Both the position numbers and the translations under genes were made by a program. Shown in pieces: positions 12,986 to 27,243 of a stretch of DNA of 64,000 nucleotides. How positions within the stretch are numbered: the first letter of the stretch is position 1; each line of letters begins with the position of its first letter. Source of the stretch: Monocercomonoides exilis PA203 (Eukaryota > Protista > Preaxostyla); contig LSRY02000032.1 in the NCBI GenBank assembly GCA_001643675.2, positions 186,001 through 250,000 of the forward strand. Direction: 5' to 3'. The notes below the pieces were generated by a model. It was given only the letters and a program-made list of their open reading frames with translations, had not been told where the DNA came from and made no database searches.

Positions 12986-13679
12986 AAAATGAATGAAGAG
13001 TTAACAATTATTTTTATTTTCAAAGAAACATTGATATAATCATTAATAAAGTTGAATGTTTCACACTTCTTTATTTATTATAGTTCTTCATCATATTTCT
13101 TTCAAAAAAAAATATTCCTTTTTTTTCGTATGTTTTATACTGCCTTGTTTTATTCTTTTGTTAATTTTTAATGAGGAATTTCGTTGAGTTGTTCCGATTG
13201 TGTTTTTGTATTCAAGTTTAATTCTCACTTTGTCAGGTTATTATTCAAAAGTTTGCTCCTGTTATTTTTGAAAATAACAAAATGAAATGTTTTTTTTATG
13301 GGACAAAATATTAGACTTCAGGCTTTATCATTGAAAATTTATGCATCGAAGATAAACTTTTTGTGAACAAAAAATTTGAAATAAATGGGTTTATTGTTTG
13401 AAATACATGTGAGGTCACAATACATTTTGTGATCACATCAATAATGTTTGTATACAGTTATGAAAATCTAATTCATTTTGAAATCTGAGAAAGTTTTAAA
13501 ATGTTATGAGTGAGACAAAATGTTTGTGCTTTGTGCAAAAAAAGCTTGAAAGTCCATATTTTCCCCCATATATAATAATAGAAATAATAAATATTGGATA
13601 AAAAGAGTGAAATGCTTTGATAGATTTCACATTGAATAAAATTGCTAAAGTAACATTTTCTTAAATTTTTTTTGTCCAT

Positions 13680-14260
13680 TTCCTATTCCTGCACTGCAAC
13701 AGCTTCTGCTGCATCCTCCTTTTTTGTGATATTCCCGCACGCAACTCAATCCACTTCCTCCATGTCCACCTCCAAAAGCATAACTCCTTTATCTCACGCT
13801 TCTTTCACTGCTCCTGCTTCAATCACCGCTTTCAAAGCCACATCCTCCTCTTTTAATTCTCCTATTGCAACTTCCGATCTCTTCTTCATTTCGACCTCTT
13901 TCTCCATTCACGTTATGAACCACTTCTCTTCAGAAAAACTTAAGCAGTTCTGTGACAATTTAAATACATAAAAGGCTGAAAACGTCAAACACTCGGATAA
14001 AAGTGTGCATGTTCTGCGTAATATCAAAAACAACTGATAAAAGATTTTTTGAAAGTTGCATGCCCTCCGCTAAATCGACAATATCCTTTTCGATAAATAA
14101 GTCAAAGCCCACATTTGTAAATTATTCACTGAAATTCTGCTTCATCCGTGCACTGATGCATAAACAGCCAAAGAAAAGAATTTTTGAGTCACAGAAGATG
14201 AGCCATTCTTCTCAACATAGAACAGAGTTTTTAACAGAGCAGCATTTGTCAAAATTTTTT
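13680..14260 (-). pseudogene. Degenerate coding remnant, possibly a surface-protein fragment
   Basis: Codon-like, higher-GC island with several stops; no clear motif. Confidence 0.25.
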
Positions 14261-15220
14261 TGAAAAGTTCCATTTGTTTAATATTGAAAAAATAAAAAAT
14301 TTTATATTTCTATCAAATTTCTGTTTCCACTCACCAAATTTTGCTGTCATTGAAATAAATCCTTGTCAAAGTAATTTTATCCGGTTGGGTGTGATTTCGT
14401 GAGTGAATACAGAAATTTGAAAGAAATATGAAATTTTTAATTTTTTGAAAATTAAACAAATGGAACTTTTCAAAAAAATTTTGGCATTTGTAAAAAGAGA
14501 CAGCATATTGATAAGCTTTGATTCTCCAACTTTTGTGAATTGGCATGAGGCAAATTGATCAACACATTCGTCTTAACTTTCCATTCTCACCGTTCTTTTT
14601 CATCTGAAATGTTCTGTAATTTAAATTCAACAATTTACACAAAAAGAATACATAAATATTTTGCTTTGCGAGGTATAAAATGGAAAATGAAATTGAATCA
14701 GTAAACTCAGAAAAGCGAGAGCAATTAATAAACATCCGCTACACATGTTTTGTGATAGAACCTTCATGCTTCAAACAGAATAAACAAATTGCTTAGAAAA
14801 GAAAAAAGAAAATTGAAACAAGATCATTAATATATAACAACAGATGATAATAAAACCCTTATCTGAATTCTTTATAATTTTTGGATAACAGAGCTTATTA
14901 CCATTCACACACTCTCTACAGAAATAAACTTAAATTGATCTTTGATAAATATCAATACTTTCGAATAGTTTTTTTCAGATTTATCAAAATTCCAAATTCA
15001 AACTGAAGAGTATAAAGATTCTTAGCATGGGCATTATGATTTAAGAAAAAATTAACAGGTCAGGGATTCTTTTTGAAAAATCAGGGATCATCTGTCAATT
15101 GCTTTCTTTCAAATAATAAATAATATTGCATCTGACAACAATGCACCATAACATAGCAAATCTCTATTGCAGCATAATTCTTAAGTTTTGAATATTTCAG
15201 AAAAATCAGAATTGGATCAA

Positions 15221-15417
15221 TCAAAATGTGGGGCAAAATTTTTGCAATTATGAAAAAAAATCTGAGATTTGTTCCAGACTTTTTCTTCAATCATTTCATT
15301 AAAAATCAATCGTAACGATGCAAATAATTCCAGAAAAATTCAAAAATTGAGAAAAATGTTTGTTAGAGAAGAATGGAACAAAATTCATAAAGAAAAATAT
15401 TTTGTACCATATATTCG
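15221..15417 (+). repeat. Dispersed ~200-bp non-coding element, copy 1
   Basis: Shares AATTCAAAAATTGAGAAAAATGTT (15337-15360) and a GA(G/A)ATTTGTTC...CAATCA block with 32431-32626 (+) and 54251-54430 (-). Confidence 0.7.
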
Positions 15418-16129
15418 AAGTGGTTATTTTTTTTCAAACTTTTCATGTTCAAACCGATCCATGGTGCAACAACGGTTTGATTTGTTTATTTCTTTTATAT
15501 ATTGAAAATTTTTATTATATGAAAAGAATAAATGGTTAAAATGGAATCAATCGACACCTATTTTGATCACACTCATTACATTCATATTTATGTTATTTCT
15601 TTTCTTAAACAAGCTCTGAATTGAAGATTTTTTAGTGTTATACGACTAATTGTTTTCGCGTTTTATTTGCTATGGTTAAGAAAAGGTAAAAAAAGTTAGG
15701 GTTTTCCTAGAAAATCCAATTTTTTTTTGCAAATTAATGATAAGAAAGAGATGATTTTAAATATTTGAATACAGTTATTTTTCTAAAAATAATTAGAATA
15801 TATTAAGTATTTATCATTTAATATGTTGGAAAAATGATTATGTATGTCAATTTTTGGGTGTCGGTTGAGTCCACTCTTACCGAATAAATACCAATTATAA
15901 TTGTGTTTGTTTGCAATGTGATGCATTATATTTATCTTTGATATAATCAACATTTCAATGACGATCCAAAAAAATTCTGTTATTTTCATTTTCAGTAAAT
16001 GTTAAATTGTTTGCAATTATGCTTTTCTATTGTAATTTGTTGTTACCATTTTTTTGTTAGAAAAATCTGCAAAAATGATAAGCATTTGATATCTTTTGTG
16101 TTATTTTCACAAACCAGTGGAAAAACGAA

Positions 16130-16555
16130 CATCTTGTGAAAATATGAATTTGGATTTGGAAGATTCACTGTTCTTGTTATTGCAAGGGAGAAATGAGATT
16201 AAATTAATGGAAATTGTTTCTATTTAATTAAAAGAAATGATAGCTTCTCTGGTTCTTTTCAAAGCGACGAATTGATTACTCCATTCATTCGGCGAAGAAA
16301 ATGAATTGACTTCTCTCACTTATCTGCACCCGTGCATTGAGCAGTTCTCCGAATCAATGATCATAAAAATTGTGATGGATTCTGACTACTCTACAGTCGT
16401 TCAGATTCTTCATTCATATTTTTATTAACCATTATTTCTTCTTATAATTTTTCATTGATGAACGAAAGGTATTCAAACCACCATTTCTTTTATCCACCTT
16501 CGAGAATGAGGTCGAAAAAAGGAATGATTGCTAAAGGCAAAAGGAGCCACGTGAT
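16130..16555 (+). pseudogene. Second decayed copy of the receptor pseudokinase tail
   Basis: LDLEDSLFLLLQGRNEIKLMEIVSI*LKEMIASLVLFKATN*LLHSFGEENELTSLTYLHPCIEQFSESMIIKIVMDSDYS vs VDLRDSLFMLLHGRNKTKEMAIGSLKEREMTAAQILFWVANLALHSFDEENELPSLTNLSPHIVLFSEHMVICIALHSDCS. Confidence 0.85.
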
Positions 16556-16599
16556 TCAGTTGTCTATGCCGATGATAATGATATAATTCTCTTCTCCTT

Positions 16600-18350
16600 C
16601 GTCTTTATCTCAACTCCGAAGTGGTGCTCCTCTCTTTCTTTTACAATTCACATCTTCCGCTTTATGAATGTATTTTCCTACTTCTCCTTCTTCTTCTTCT
16701 TCTTCTCTTTCTCTTTCTTTCTTTCTCTTTCTCTTTCTCTTTCTCTCTTTTTGGCTTTTCCTTATTCTCGTTAATCCTCAAAAGCGGATAAGAAAAGCTA
16801 CTGATGATGAGAAAGTGAAGCTCTCTGTTGAACGACGAACCGAGTGGAAACGAGACTGCGCTGCGAACAACGGCAGAGCTGAAAAGCTCATTCAGAAGAG
16901 ATCGTTCGGTGGGCTCAGTGAAGGAGAAAGAGAAAGAAAAAGGCGAAAAAGAAGGCGAAGAAGAAGGCAAAGAAGGAGGCGAAGAAGAAGAAGATGATGA
17001 AGAAGATGAAGAAGAAGAAGAAGGTGGAGGCAACACAACAACCGGAAGAGGAAAAGCTGGAGACGACGAGGCAAACGAATAAGTTGATAAGAAAGTTAAA
17101 TCATGTTGAAGAGAAAGAGGAAGCGATTGCTTTTGAATGAAAGGCTCATAAATGTATGTGACATCAAAGTTGGAATAAGTCATCCGAAGAAAGACATGCG
17201 AATCCATCTCGCTCTCCTTCTACTTCATTCTCTCTTTTTTTTGATCTCTTCTTTCTACAGCTTCTCATCATGACTTGTTTTCTCTCTCTTTTAACGTCTC
17301 TTTTCCATCTTCAATTTCTTTCAATGCATCTTCCTACCTCTTCACCTTTTCTTCTTCCTCTTCCCTATCTACTCACTTCTTCTTCTATTCTTCCTCTTCT
17401 TCTTCTTCTTCTTTTTCCTCTTCACCATCTTCCCATGAACCCTCTTCACTCCCGTCTATCCCATCATTCTCCAACCAAAGCCCTCACGCCCCTACAACGT
17501 TTTCGAAGACCAGCAAATGGCATTCCACGTGCACGGGAAACTCCAATCAATACGACTGCTCAAGCAGAACATCCTCATCCAGCTACAGCGCCTGACAACG
17601 ATGGCAGAGTTGTCGCGAACAGAGGCGAAGCTCTGAACATGCAATTTAAATAGAGTCCGTTTCAACAACAGCTGCTGCTGCTGCCCTTTCAACAAGCACA
17701 ATCACACAACCTGCAGATCCAGCTTATGGACTCTGACTTGTCTTTGCACGTAAAACACTCCTTTTTCAACCCCTTCGCTCTTCCAAAGTCAGACAGCCAT
17801 CACCATCTCGGAGACGCAGCATCAGAAATGGAACATTCTGCACCTGAACCCGAGCTCGCACTTCACCGTGCATCTGTTATAGCTACAGCCACAGCAGCAA
17901 CAGTAGCAATAGCAGAAGCAGAAGCATTAATTGCACAACCAGCCAATATCGTAACTCCGATGCCTCGAGCAGCGAGCTCTCCTTCGCAATAACACTCCTT
18001 TTGAATATGACGAGTGCAATAGGGCTGACGTTCCAGCAGTTCTTTTCCCTTTTGCACAGTTTGAGCAGCAGAGGGCGACTGTGTTTTGGCTGCATTGCTG
18101 CATCATTCTCACCTCTGCCTTTGGAGGAGTTTAGCTGCATGGCGAAGCAGGCGTACGTGCTATGCTGCAGCCGTCTCACTTGTACAGCGAGTTTTGTCAT
18201 CAGGTGCGATCATTCAAACGTACTCCGGACAATCCATTCCTCACACGGGGGAGGATCTAATCGTTTTCTGGGGATGGCAGAATAGCAAATGTAACAACGT
18301 CATCTTCTTCTGCTTCTACCTCTGGCTCTTCTGATAATCGTGGAAGAAGA
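16600..18350 (+). pseudogene. Decayed Ser/Glu-rich low-complexity gene of unknown family
   Basis: Poly-E/K and poly-S tracts like those of intact genes here, interrupted by many stops. Confidence 0.35.
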
Positions 18351-18599
18351 AGCGGTAGTTCAGCGCCGAGTAATTTGAATGCTGCGGATGGAGCAAAAAA
18401 AAAAAGAAAAGAAAGGGGAAAAGAGGTACAAATAACAGAGACGTAAGAGAAGCAATTATTATCAGAAGAAGAAAAGAAGACAAGCAGCCAAACATTCTAA
18501 GAACCAGAGATGAAGTGAACCACAGACTATTCATTAATTGTCCACCTCGCAGTTTTAATATAAATGGAAACAGCAAAAACAAAAACAGTGTAATTTCCT

Positions 18600-19990
18600 C
18601 CTCTTCTGCTCTTCAGATGAGCAGCGGGCACGACCTGTTTGACAGCTGCCCGACAAAGCAGAGATTGGCAGTGATTGCGTCTGGAATGAGCGACACTGCA
18701 CAGAGCCTATCGATCATCTTCCTGATTGCTGTGGAATTTTCTTCCACTCTTTTCCAGCTGGCACAGACAATATTTGCATTGGAGTTTCTTTTGAGTGAAT
18801 CAGCGGTGCTGACGTGTGTGCTGAGGAGGCTGCATATCATCATGTAGCAAATGAACAGGATGCATCGCAAAATGCTGGCAGACAACCTCTTTATTTTGTG
18901 AAATTCTGGTCACTCCACATTTATCCGCGGACTTTTCGAAGATCATTGTAATGCGCTTCTTCATTGTGGTTATCGAGAAAATTGAGTCTGCGCCCAATGT
19001 GCGAAAGTTTTGTTTACCACCCCAATGTGTTAATAAAGCATTTGATGCAGACGGTATTTAGGAGAAATTCAACATCCTCCAAAGGCAAAAATGACTGAAA
19101 AAATTACCACAAGGGCTACAACAGCGGAGAAGGAAAGAAGTTTGTTTCAGTTCAGCCCGTGTGGCAACAACATCTTCATCTGCATATTCCACAGGCTCTT
19201 CTTTCAAACTTCAGCAGCTGATGCCTTCCTTCTCTTCCGCTGCACTGTCTATGAGCTGCATTTCAGTCACATCAACCTCTTCTCTCTTCTCCTCCTTCTT
19301 CTCCTCATCCTCATCCTCCTCCAACTTCTTCTTCTTCTTCTTCTTCTTCAGCATCGCAAATTCCTCTTCCACTGGCCTGTGACTCGATCGATCATACGTC
19401 GTATAATAATATCCTTTCTGGCACAACCATTTGATTTCTCCTTCTGTAAACTTTTCTTTGTTATATTCTTCCTCTTCAGAATTCCCTTTCTCTTCCTCTT
19501 CACTCGTTGGCTGTTTGTTGTCAGAAATGATGTTGTAATCGCTGTATTCAACATCTATCTCTATTGCATCCAGCATTCACAGCACAATCAAACTACATTC
19601 AGCATCGGGAAGGATTAGAAGGGGAGACCGATTTGATAACTATGGTAATAAAGAGATTTATGGAGAAGTTGGTTGTTGTTTGATGTTTGATGTTCATGAA
19701 TCTGGAAAACCCAAGAGTATTGGCGTCTGTAAACCATTTCATTCATATTTCTCATCGTTTTGGCCTTCATTAGCAACAGGTTGTGATTTGATAAGCGTGT
19801 TCGTGAATCAGGAGAATTTATTAAAAAAGGAGGAAAAGAAACTGTGGTTGCAGAAGATGGATGAAATGCTTTGTCATTTATTTAAGAAGTCACAGGAGAC
19901 ATTGAAACCGATAATTCAGTGAAAAATCATTTTGAAGAGGTATTTTTTGTTATAGGCGCGAGCATTTAATCGTGAGAAACTACCATAAGA
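18600..19990 (-). pseudogene. Decayed gene of unknown family
   Basis: Acidic 121-aa ORF at 19211-19576 plus flanking codon-like fragments broken by stops. Confidence 0.3.
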
Positions 19991-20370
19991 TTTTTTTCAA
20001 AATTTTCATCTTCAACTTCTTTCGTTGTTTGTCCTGTAATTCAAAATCAAAACTTCAACAATTTTTCTCAAAATAAAGATTATATGTGTACGTCTGATTA
20101 CAAAAATAGCCAAAAATGAAATTTTCATAACAAACGGAAAAATTTCACTCCTTCATTTTCAAAAATTTGACTATTGACTTGTGATATTGGCAAAATTCAT
20201 CACATATTCAAACTCCTCATTTTTTTTTGAAAATCGAATATTTCAACAAATTTTCATGTTTTGTTTTTAGCAAATTGATTCTTTTTTCTAAATTCTAACC
20301 AGTTTTTTTTTTCTTTAATAAAAATCGCTCATAGAAAATTTTGTATTGATTAATTTTAAATAATAAAATA

Positions 20371-20426
20371 AACCTCTGCGTCACCCTAAAAAGCAAAATC
20401 ATTCGTCAGTCACTTCGTCACTCAGT

Positions 20427-20465
<39 letters not shown>
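20371..20465. promoter_or_regulatory. CGTCA cluster followed by a T38 tract
   Basis: CGTCA at 20379, 20404 and 20416; poly-T at 20428-20465. Confidence 0.35.
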
Positions 20466-20466
<1 letters not shown>

Positions 20467-23199
20467 TAATTTTTTTGAATTTATTTTTATTTTATTTTAA
20501 CATTGTTAAATAATAACTTGATCTTATTTTCTGCAATTGAGTATTGATTTTGAAAATGTTTTTAAAATGAAAAAATGTTAAAATGGAACCATTCTACAAT
20601 TTTAAAAGTTTTTTGTCTGACTTTTGACACTGGAAAACAACAAATTCTTTTAATTTTTGATAGAGCTAATAAGGAATGCTGCACGCCTCAATAATAAATA
20701 TGAAAAATATGTACAAACATCCTAGGTTCTTGTGGAAACAGTAACAAATAATAAGGTTCAATTCAGCGGGAAAACCGTGATGGCATTATTCATTATCTAA
20801 GAAAACCGATGTTGAAATTAACAAAAGTTTGATCAAGAATTTGCAATTTCTTTATCTATCCATTTAATTGCATTTTATCGTTTTGCTTTTGTTCTTTTAT
20901 ATCTTTCATTTTTCGCTTTCAAGCATATCCTCATTGCATCGTTCTTGACTTTTTTCAGCTTTTTCTTCTTTCTATTTCATCGCCACTTTTCATCAGAAGT
21001 GAACAAAACTCAATGGTTGTGAAAATTGTGTTCCCTATTAAATGATTATCCATTATCATCTTATTTAAGTTCTTTGCCTCTCAGTTATTTGACCGCTATT
21101 GTTTTTCAATTATCATTCTTCTATTTTTCAGAACGAAATTCATTCATGTTTCAGAAACACACACTTAGGCTCCTCCCCATCGAAAAATGCATCTTCCACA
21201 GCAAACCACTCTTTTAGCCGGGATGATAACATTGTTTTGAAAAGTTAGCTCTCAGCACCTTCGTGAAGAGCGTCTTTGATGCAACCATGGCTTCTTCAGC
21301 AGCAGTAACATTCGCAGCAGAGTGCAAACAGCAAGGCAACCACTGAAGATCATTGCACTTTAATCTCCGCATCACACACACGCATAAATGAATGGCTTCA
21401 CTTTCTTCTTCAACGCAAATTCAGAATCTCCTTCTTCTTTCTGTGCTCTTCATCCTATTCGATCTTCATCAAAAAAAGTTAAAGAATTTCAATTAATATT
21501 TCAACATCTTCTTTTCCTTCCTCATCTCCCTCCTTTTCTTTTTCTTTGTTGTTTTTTGTTTTCTTTGTTTTCTTTTTTCAAAATATCAAATGAGATATAA
21601 TTTTTGTTGGAAAATCCTCGAAATTTGATTTTTAATTTAGACATTCACCTTTCATCGTTTGTTTCATTTTAAGATTAATTAATAATTGTGTTCTTTGTTA
21701 ACAATAGAAATGTCATTTGCTTCCTTATGCTTTTATTAATTTAATGAAGTTAAGTTGAACCAAATTTCCAATTGATGAAATGATTTGAAAGAAATTAAAA
21801 AAAGAAGGATAAAGGAAATATTGAACATTTTTGAACATTGACAGTTATCAAGGAATTAAAAAAAACATTATCTTTCCATTTTTTGCCACAAAATTAAATT
21901 TGTTGTTTTATGAATGTGCGTTAACATTTCCATTTTTTCAAAAACATATATTAGATACAATGCAGATTGGATCACAAAATTCAAATTGAAAAAATAATTC
22001 AAAATTGTGGGGGTTATTTAAAAATACCCCTGTTTATTTAAATTGACTGGCTAATTTTTAAAATACACAAGCGATTATGAATTGAATGTTCAAAACTTGA
22101 AAAATGATCGTGTTCGATTATTAGCATGAAAGATTAATATAAAATACTGAAGTAAATTGGCTAATGATAACTTAACGTAGTCAATGAGAATATGTTTTTA
22201 ATCTATATTTTAATTTATGTTGTATATTAAATGATAAATAAAAAACAAATAGGTTCGAAAATTAAAGAATATTTCAAATATATTTCTACTAATTTTTAAT
22301 TAAAAACACCCAAAATATTTTTTAATTTGATAAATAAAAATTTAAAAAATTCATTATTCCGAAGTCTTAAAAGTTAAATCTTGTTTTTAATTTTAATTTT
22401 ATAAATATATCTTTCGTTTTATCAAATGCGTTATTAAATACATAGCATTAATGCGAAATATCTGTTTTTTCAATTTTTCAAAAATTGATCGCTCCCACAA
22501 TATTTAACTGTATTATAGGTTTTTTTTAAAAAAAAAACATAGATTAAAAACCAAAAATTCGATGCTAAACGTGTTTTATTTATTCTATTAAATCACGTTT
22601 TATTAATGTTTAAAAATTTTGTGAACATTTCAACGACTACGTAAAGTTATCATATGCCAGTAAATTTTGATTTTCTTTTTGAAAAAAATTTGATCTTTCA
22701 ATAATCAACTTCTAAAAAATAGAATAATTCGATAATTCGTTTTAAATGCTGTTCTAACATATGCAATCGAAGATATGAGCTTCACAATGAGAGTTTGAAT
22801 GATTGTTGCTATTAAAAATTCAATATTCCCAATATACAAATCATAAAAGCTTCTGAAAACTTTCAGTTTATTTTGTCACAATTGTCAATTGTTTCTTAAT
22901 AACTGTAACATCAACAACAACTTCTGTGCCATTTTGTTCAGCACTCACAAGGTAATTATTGCTTTTTTCGTTTTTAGCAACAGCAATTTTCAAACGAAAT
23001 TGTTTAACATTTTTCGCCTTGTTGAGAAACAATATAATGAAACATAAACAAGAAATATATTGAATACTTAATGTTTAAAGGAATATTAGGTTGCTTTTCA
23101 AGATTTCGTTTTTTATAAAGAACATTTATAATTTTTTCAAAATTTTCTTTTTCGATTTTTATCTAATTATAAAGCCGATTACATAATTTTCTTACAGTT

Positions 23200-24497
23200 C
23201 CAAATTCTATAAACCTTTTGCTTTTGTATATCCTGCATTTTTAGCACTCTCCATCCTCAGGATTACTCACAAACGAAATTTCTATTTCAATTGTGGCAAA
23301 CATTAATTCTCTTGCATCCCCATCAACAGCTTTCGCTTCCAGCACGTTAAAAACACCATCAACTGTTCTATTGTCTCTTCTGTCAACAGTTCAGACACTT
23401 TTATCTCTGTCTTTAACACTTCTTTCTCCACCAAACACGCTCTTCACCAAATGCTCCTGTTGAACATATTGGAAATGAAACTCAAAGAGCGAGACCAGGA
23501 AGACTGACCTCTTTTGATGAGAACAGCTACCTCTTTGAATGGTGTGAATGGAATAACTCAAATAGCGGGTCAAGTCGTGGAGGTGCACTTAAAGTTATTT
23601 GCACAAATGCAAATCTCACAATCACTTCTTGCTCATTTCACAAATGTACAACCACAGGAAGTGGAGAAGGCGGAGCATTATTTTGTAACAGTTTGTTAAA
23701 AATTGATATCACAAAATCCAACTTTTTGAACTGCCAGGCGAGACACGGAGGGGCTGTTTATGTGGGGTATATCAATCCAATTCTGTTTGGACATTCTCAG
23801 AAAACAGAGTTGAAAATTGTTCAATAACATACTGGTGTGGAACTGGCTGGCATTTTTATATTGGTGCTTTTCCATCAAATGGTCAATTTCTGTTCACCAA
23901 ATGCAAGTGCATTTCAAATTCTGGAAAAGATTCTGCTGGTTCTCTCACATTCAATTCTCCTCCAAGCAACAAACCAAGTCAATTTTTGGTCAATGATTGT
24001 CAGTTTATTTAAAATTGACAAGTTCATCAACATCATGGGGAGGTGCTGCAATGTTCTTCAGAGACACATATTCTTGGATGAATGAAATAAAATTCATCAC
24101 ATTCTGCTTCTTTGATGGCAACACGGCTACAAACGGAAGAGGAAATGATGTGTTTTTCAATGGTAATTTCATTGCTCAATCTCCGTTTGAGAATTGTGGA
24201 TCAACAACCTCAACAAAAAGAGTGTGGAATCAAGGAACAGCTGACAACTCCGAATACAACAGCTGGCTTCCAATCATCGATCACACAGCAATCACCAGTC
24301 TCACCCTCAACAGCCAAAGCATCTTCCACCTCACCTCCCTCACAGCTCCCCTCACTCTCACCTCCTCCAACATCACCCACATCACCTCCACTGCCTCGCC
24401 CGCCAGCTGTGTCCTCTCCTCTGCCACCTCCCCTGCCCTCTCCCTCTCCCTCACCAACTGCACCATCACCAACATCAACTCAGAACAGTTCAGCTAA
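23200..24497 (+). pseudogene. Frameshifted fragment of the beta-helix surface-protein family (N-terminal GGA-repeat domain)
   Basis: FEWCEWNNSNSGSSRGGALKV..ITSCSFHKC..GEGGALFC..HGGAVYV..WGGAAMF..FITFCFFDGNTATNGRGNDVFF..YNSWLPII; same motifs as the N-terminal domains of the two giant genes. Confidence 0.8.
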
Positions 24498-25750
24498 CAG
24501 ACCGCTACAGATGGCGGGTGCATCTCATTCACCTCATCTGCCCCTGCCAACTCGTTTTCGGTGAGGAACACAAATTTCTCCACCTGCTCTGTGAGCGAAA
24601 GGAAAACGGAAATCGAGAAAATGAAGGAGGAAAAAATTACAGAGAACGTGGGATGCTTCTAAAAATAGATGCAAAGGCGAAAGGAAGAAAATGTACTTCT
24701 TTTCAAAGAAGTTGGCATTAAAGATTTTACGGGGATGTGGTATGAAAATGAAGAGAGAATTGATAACGAAAATAATGATGACTTACAAGACGAAAAGAAA
24801 GAGGGAGTCTTTTAAGAAAGAAAAAGAGAAAGATCATTGGTTTAATTTTTGAAATAGAAACATCAGAAAAAACATGATCAACAGAATTAAATGAAATTGA
24901 GGAAATGATAAAAGCAAAAGAAATTAGCCTTTGATTCCACAACTTCAACATCGCTGTGCAATGCTTGTGAAAATATTTACAGTTTAATGAAATGTTTGCA
25001 GGAAAAATATTTTTCTCATAAAATTGTCAGAATTATGTTGTTTTCTTTTTATTATTTATGCTAAAACTATAAAATTATCTTTGAAGCGAATCATTTCTCA
25101 CACAAAACTCAAAACAAATTATAATTTCACTTTATTAACAAATTATTTATTTAATATTTATTTTATTTTAGCGTGAAAACAAGCTTTTATAGAATTATCA
25201 AGGTCTGGTTAAAAAGACTATTAAAAAAGGTTTGATTTTTCTTTTATTTCCACTTTAATTTTTTCAGTGTTTTTTGTTTGTTTCATTTTCCCTTCCCAAA
25301 ATTGTTATTAATTTAAATGATCTTTTCTAATTTAAAATCTCTTGTTGATTTTTAATTTTTGGCCTTTAATTTGAATTAAGTGGTCTTTATTCAAATTAAC
25401 ATAGGTTTATTAAAAAAACCTCTATTAATTCAAATTTCCCAATTTAATCTGCATTGTATCTATTGAATGACAATTTCTAACTTTTTTAAAGTCATCTTTT
25501 TTTGTTCATTAAAAGCACCAGTATTTAATATATTTGCTTTCTCAATGAACACTGAGGCTTCCTTTTCATTTGCATCTTATCTTTTGCATAATCCCTTTTA
25601 GATAATAAATAATGATCATGATGTTTTTTTTTATTTTTATATATGAGGGACTTAGCGCGTTCGACTCTTTTGAAAAAGTCATTTGTTCAGACATGCATAA
25701 TGTTTTATTCTTGGCTTGAATTTATTCCTCCTTGAAATGCTGATAAGTCC

Positions 25751-27109
25751 ATGGAAAATGACAGTAACATCAATTTTCAACTGATCGCGAAAAAGTCTTC
25801 TAAATTTCGATCGGCTTTGAAAAGGAATACACTAGAACACAGCATATTTTTTTGTGGGAGAGAAAAAAAGCGGTGCAGATTCATTTTTCACTGTGATACA
25901 AACAGCTGGAGTGGAACCTTCATTCTTTCGAGCAGCAGAAGAAAAGTACAAATAGTCCATCACGAGTCTCAACCTGTTCTTCGGAATGTGCCATCTCGAT
26001 CTCATCTGGAGCAATGGCATTGAATTCGGGCGAGCCACCGCACACTTTGCGAAAGAGGGCACAGAAGATGATTTTTAAAAGCAGGACATGATTGCGCTGG
26101 CAGAGCCGTGGATAGAAGGTTTAGGGTGGTTAGTGTCTGACAGGGCAGCGGTGTTCTTTGCGAAGTGGGAAGATGGAAGCATTTTGGACGAGGCACCGCC
26201 TCTGGCTGTGAAGCGGGTGTTTGCGATGCTGCAGACAGAGACGCTTTTTCCGGTGAAGATAAACTTTGTACTAGACGTGTTGTTGTTCTGCTATCCCTCT
26301 TTGTTGAAGGAGAACAGCAGCCTTTTTGACACGGCAGAGGGAAAGGAAAACAGAACAGCCACAATCAACTCTATTGCAAAGCTTGTGACAAAGGAACTGA
26401 GAAAAGCAAATGAACAGTCAAATAATGTCAAAGAGAAGAAAGGCAAAGAGAAAGAGAAAGAGAAAGAGAAAGAAGGCAAAGAAGAAAACAAAGAAGACTT
26501 CAAAAGCGCAGCAGCAGGAGACACAGAGCTGTCAGATGTGGAGCTGCTTCAGGCCGCACTGCAGCTGGCGTGTGAGTTCATTGAAGAGAATGCATTCAAC
26601 TATTTTGGCTCCGTCTGGTCGAAATACTGGCTGGTGGATGTGTTTGGGTAAAGAAGCTGTTTGAGGAGCAGATGCGCTTGTCGCTCAGAGAGGAAGGAGC
26701 AGCTGTGAAGCAAAGGGGAAGCATGAGAGAAAAAGGAGGAGAAGAAGAAGGCAAAATCAATAAAAATGGAAGAAATAACTTATCTTCCTCTTCTTCTTCC
26801 TCCTTTTCAGTGCAGGGAGCGCTGAGGAGCCATCCATACTGCACTCTTTCTGAATTTCTTCTGTCGAGTGTGCTTAATTCACAGGCGATGGCACAGCTTA
26901 TGAGCCTGCTGAAGATATCGCCTGCTTATCACGCACTTCTGTGTGAATGTGTCTATGCTGCCTCATCTGTTGTGGCTGATGGGATGATTGTTGACTTCAT
27001 TCTCACACAGAAAAAATCCATTTTGGCTTTGGAAAGAAAGAGAAACAAGAAAGAAAGGGAGGAGGTTGATGCACCAGAAACTATTTGTGTCGAAATGCTC
27101 AATGATTGA
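25751..27109 (+). pseudogene. Disrupted hypothetical helical protein gene
   Basis: ORFs 26088-26651 and 26672-27109 join with one extra G near 26646-26648. The upstream in-frame segment has TAG and TAA stops. Confidence 0.5.
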
Positions 27110-27243
27110 AGAATGAATGAATGTGTTAATTTTGGTTATAAAATTTGAGAAGATAGATATTTATTCGAATGTTAATGATAAACCTGAAATGAAAATGAAA
27201 AGAACAAGGAGTTAAATATATAATTAAATATGCAACAAGCAGT

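Noticed and set aside
25860-26088. In-frame TAG/TAA suggesting a TAR=Gln code as in Streblomastix
   Set aside because: TTLL9, the vWA gene and SAC1 end in TAA at plausible C-termini, and the 2770-codon ORF has no internal TAR; these stops reflect pseudogene decay
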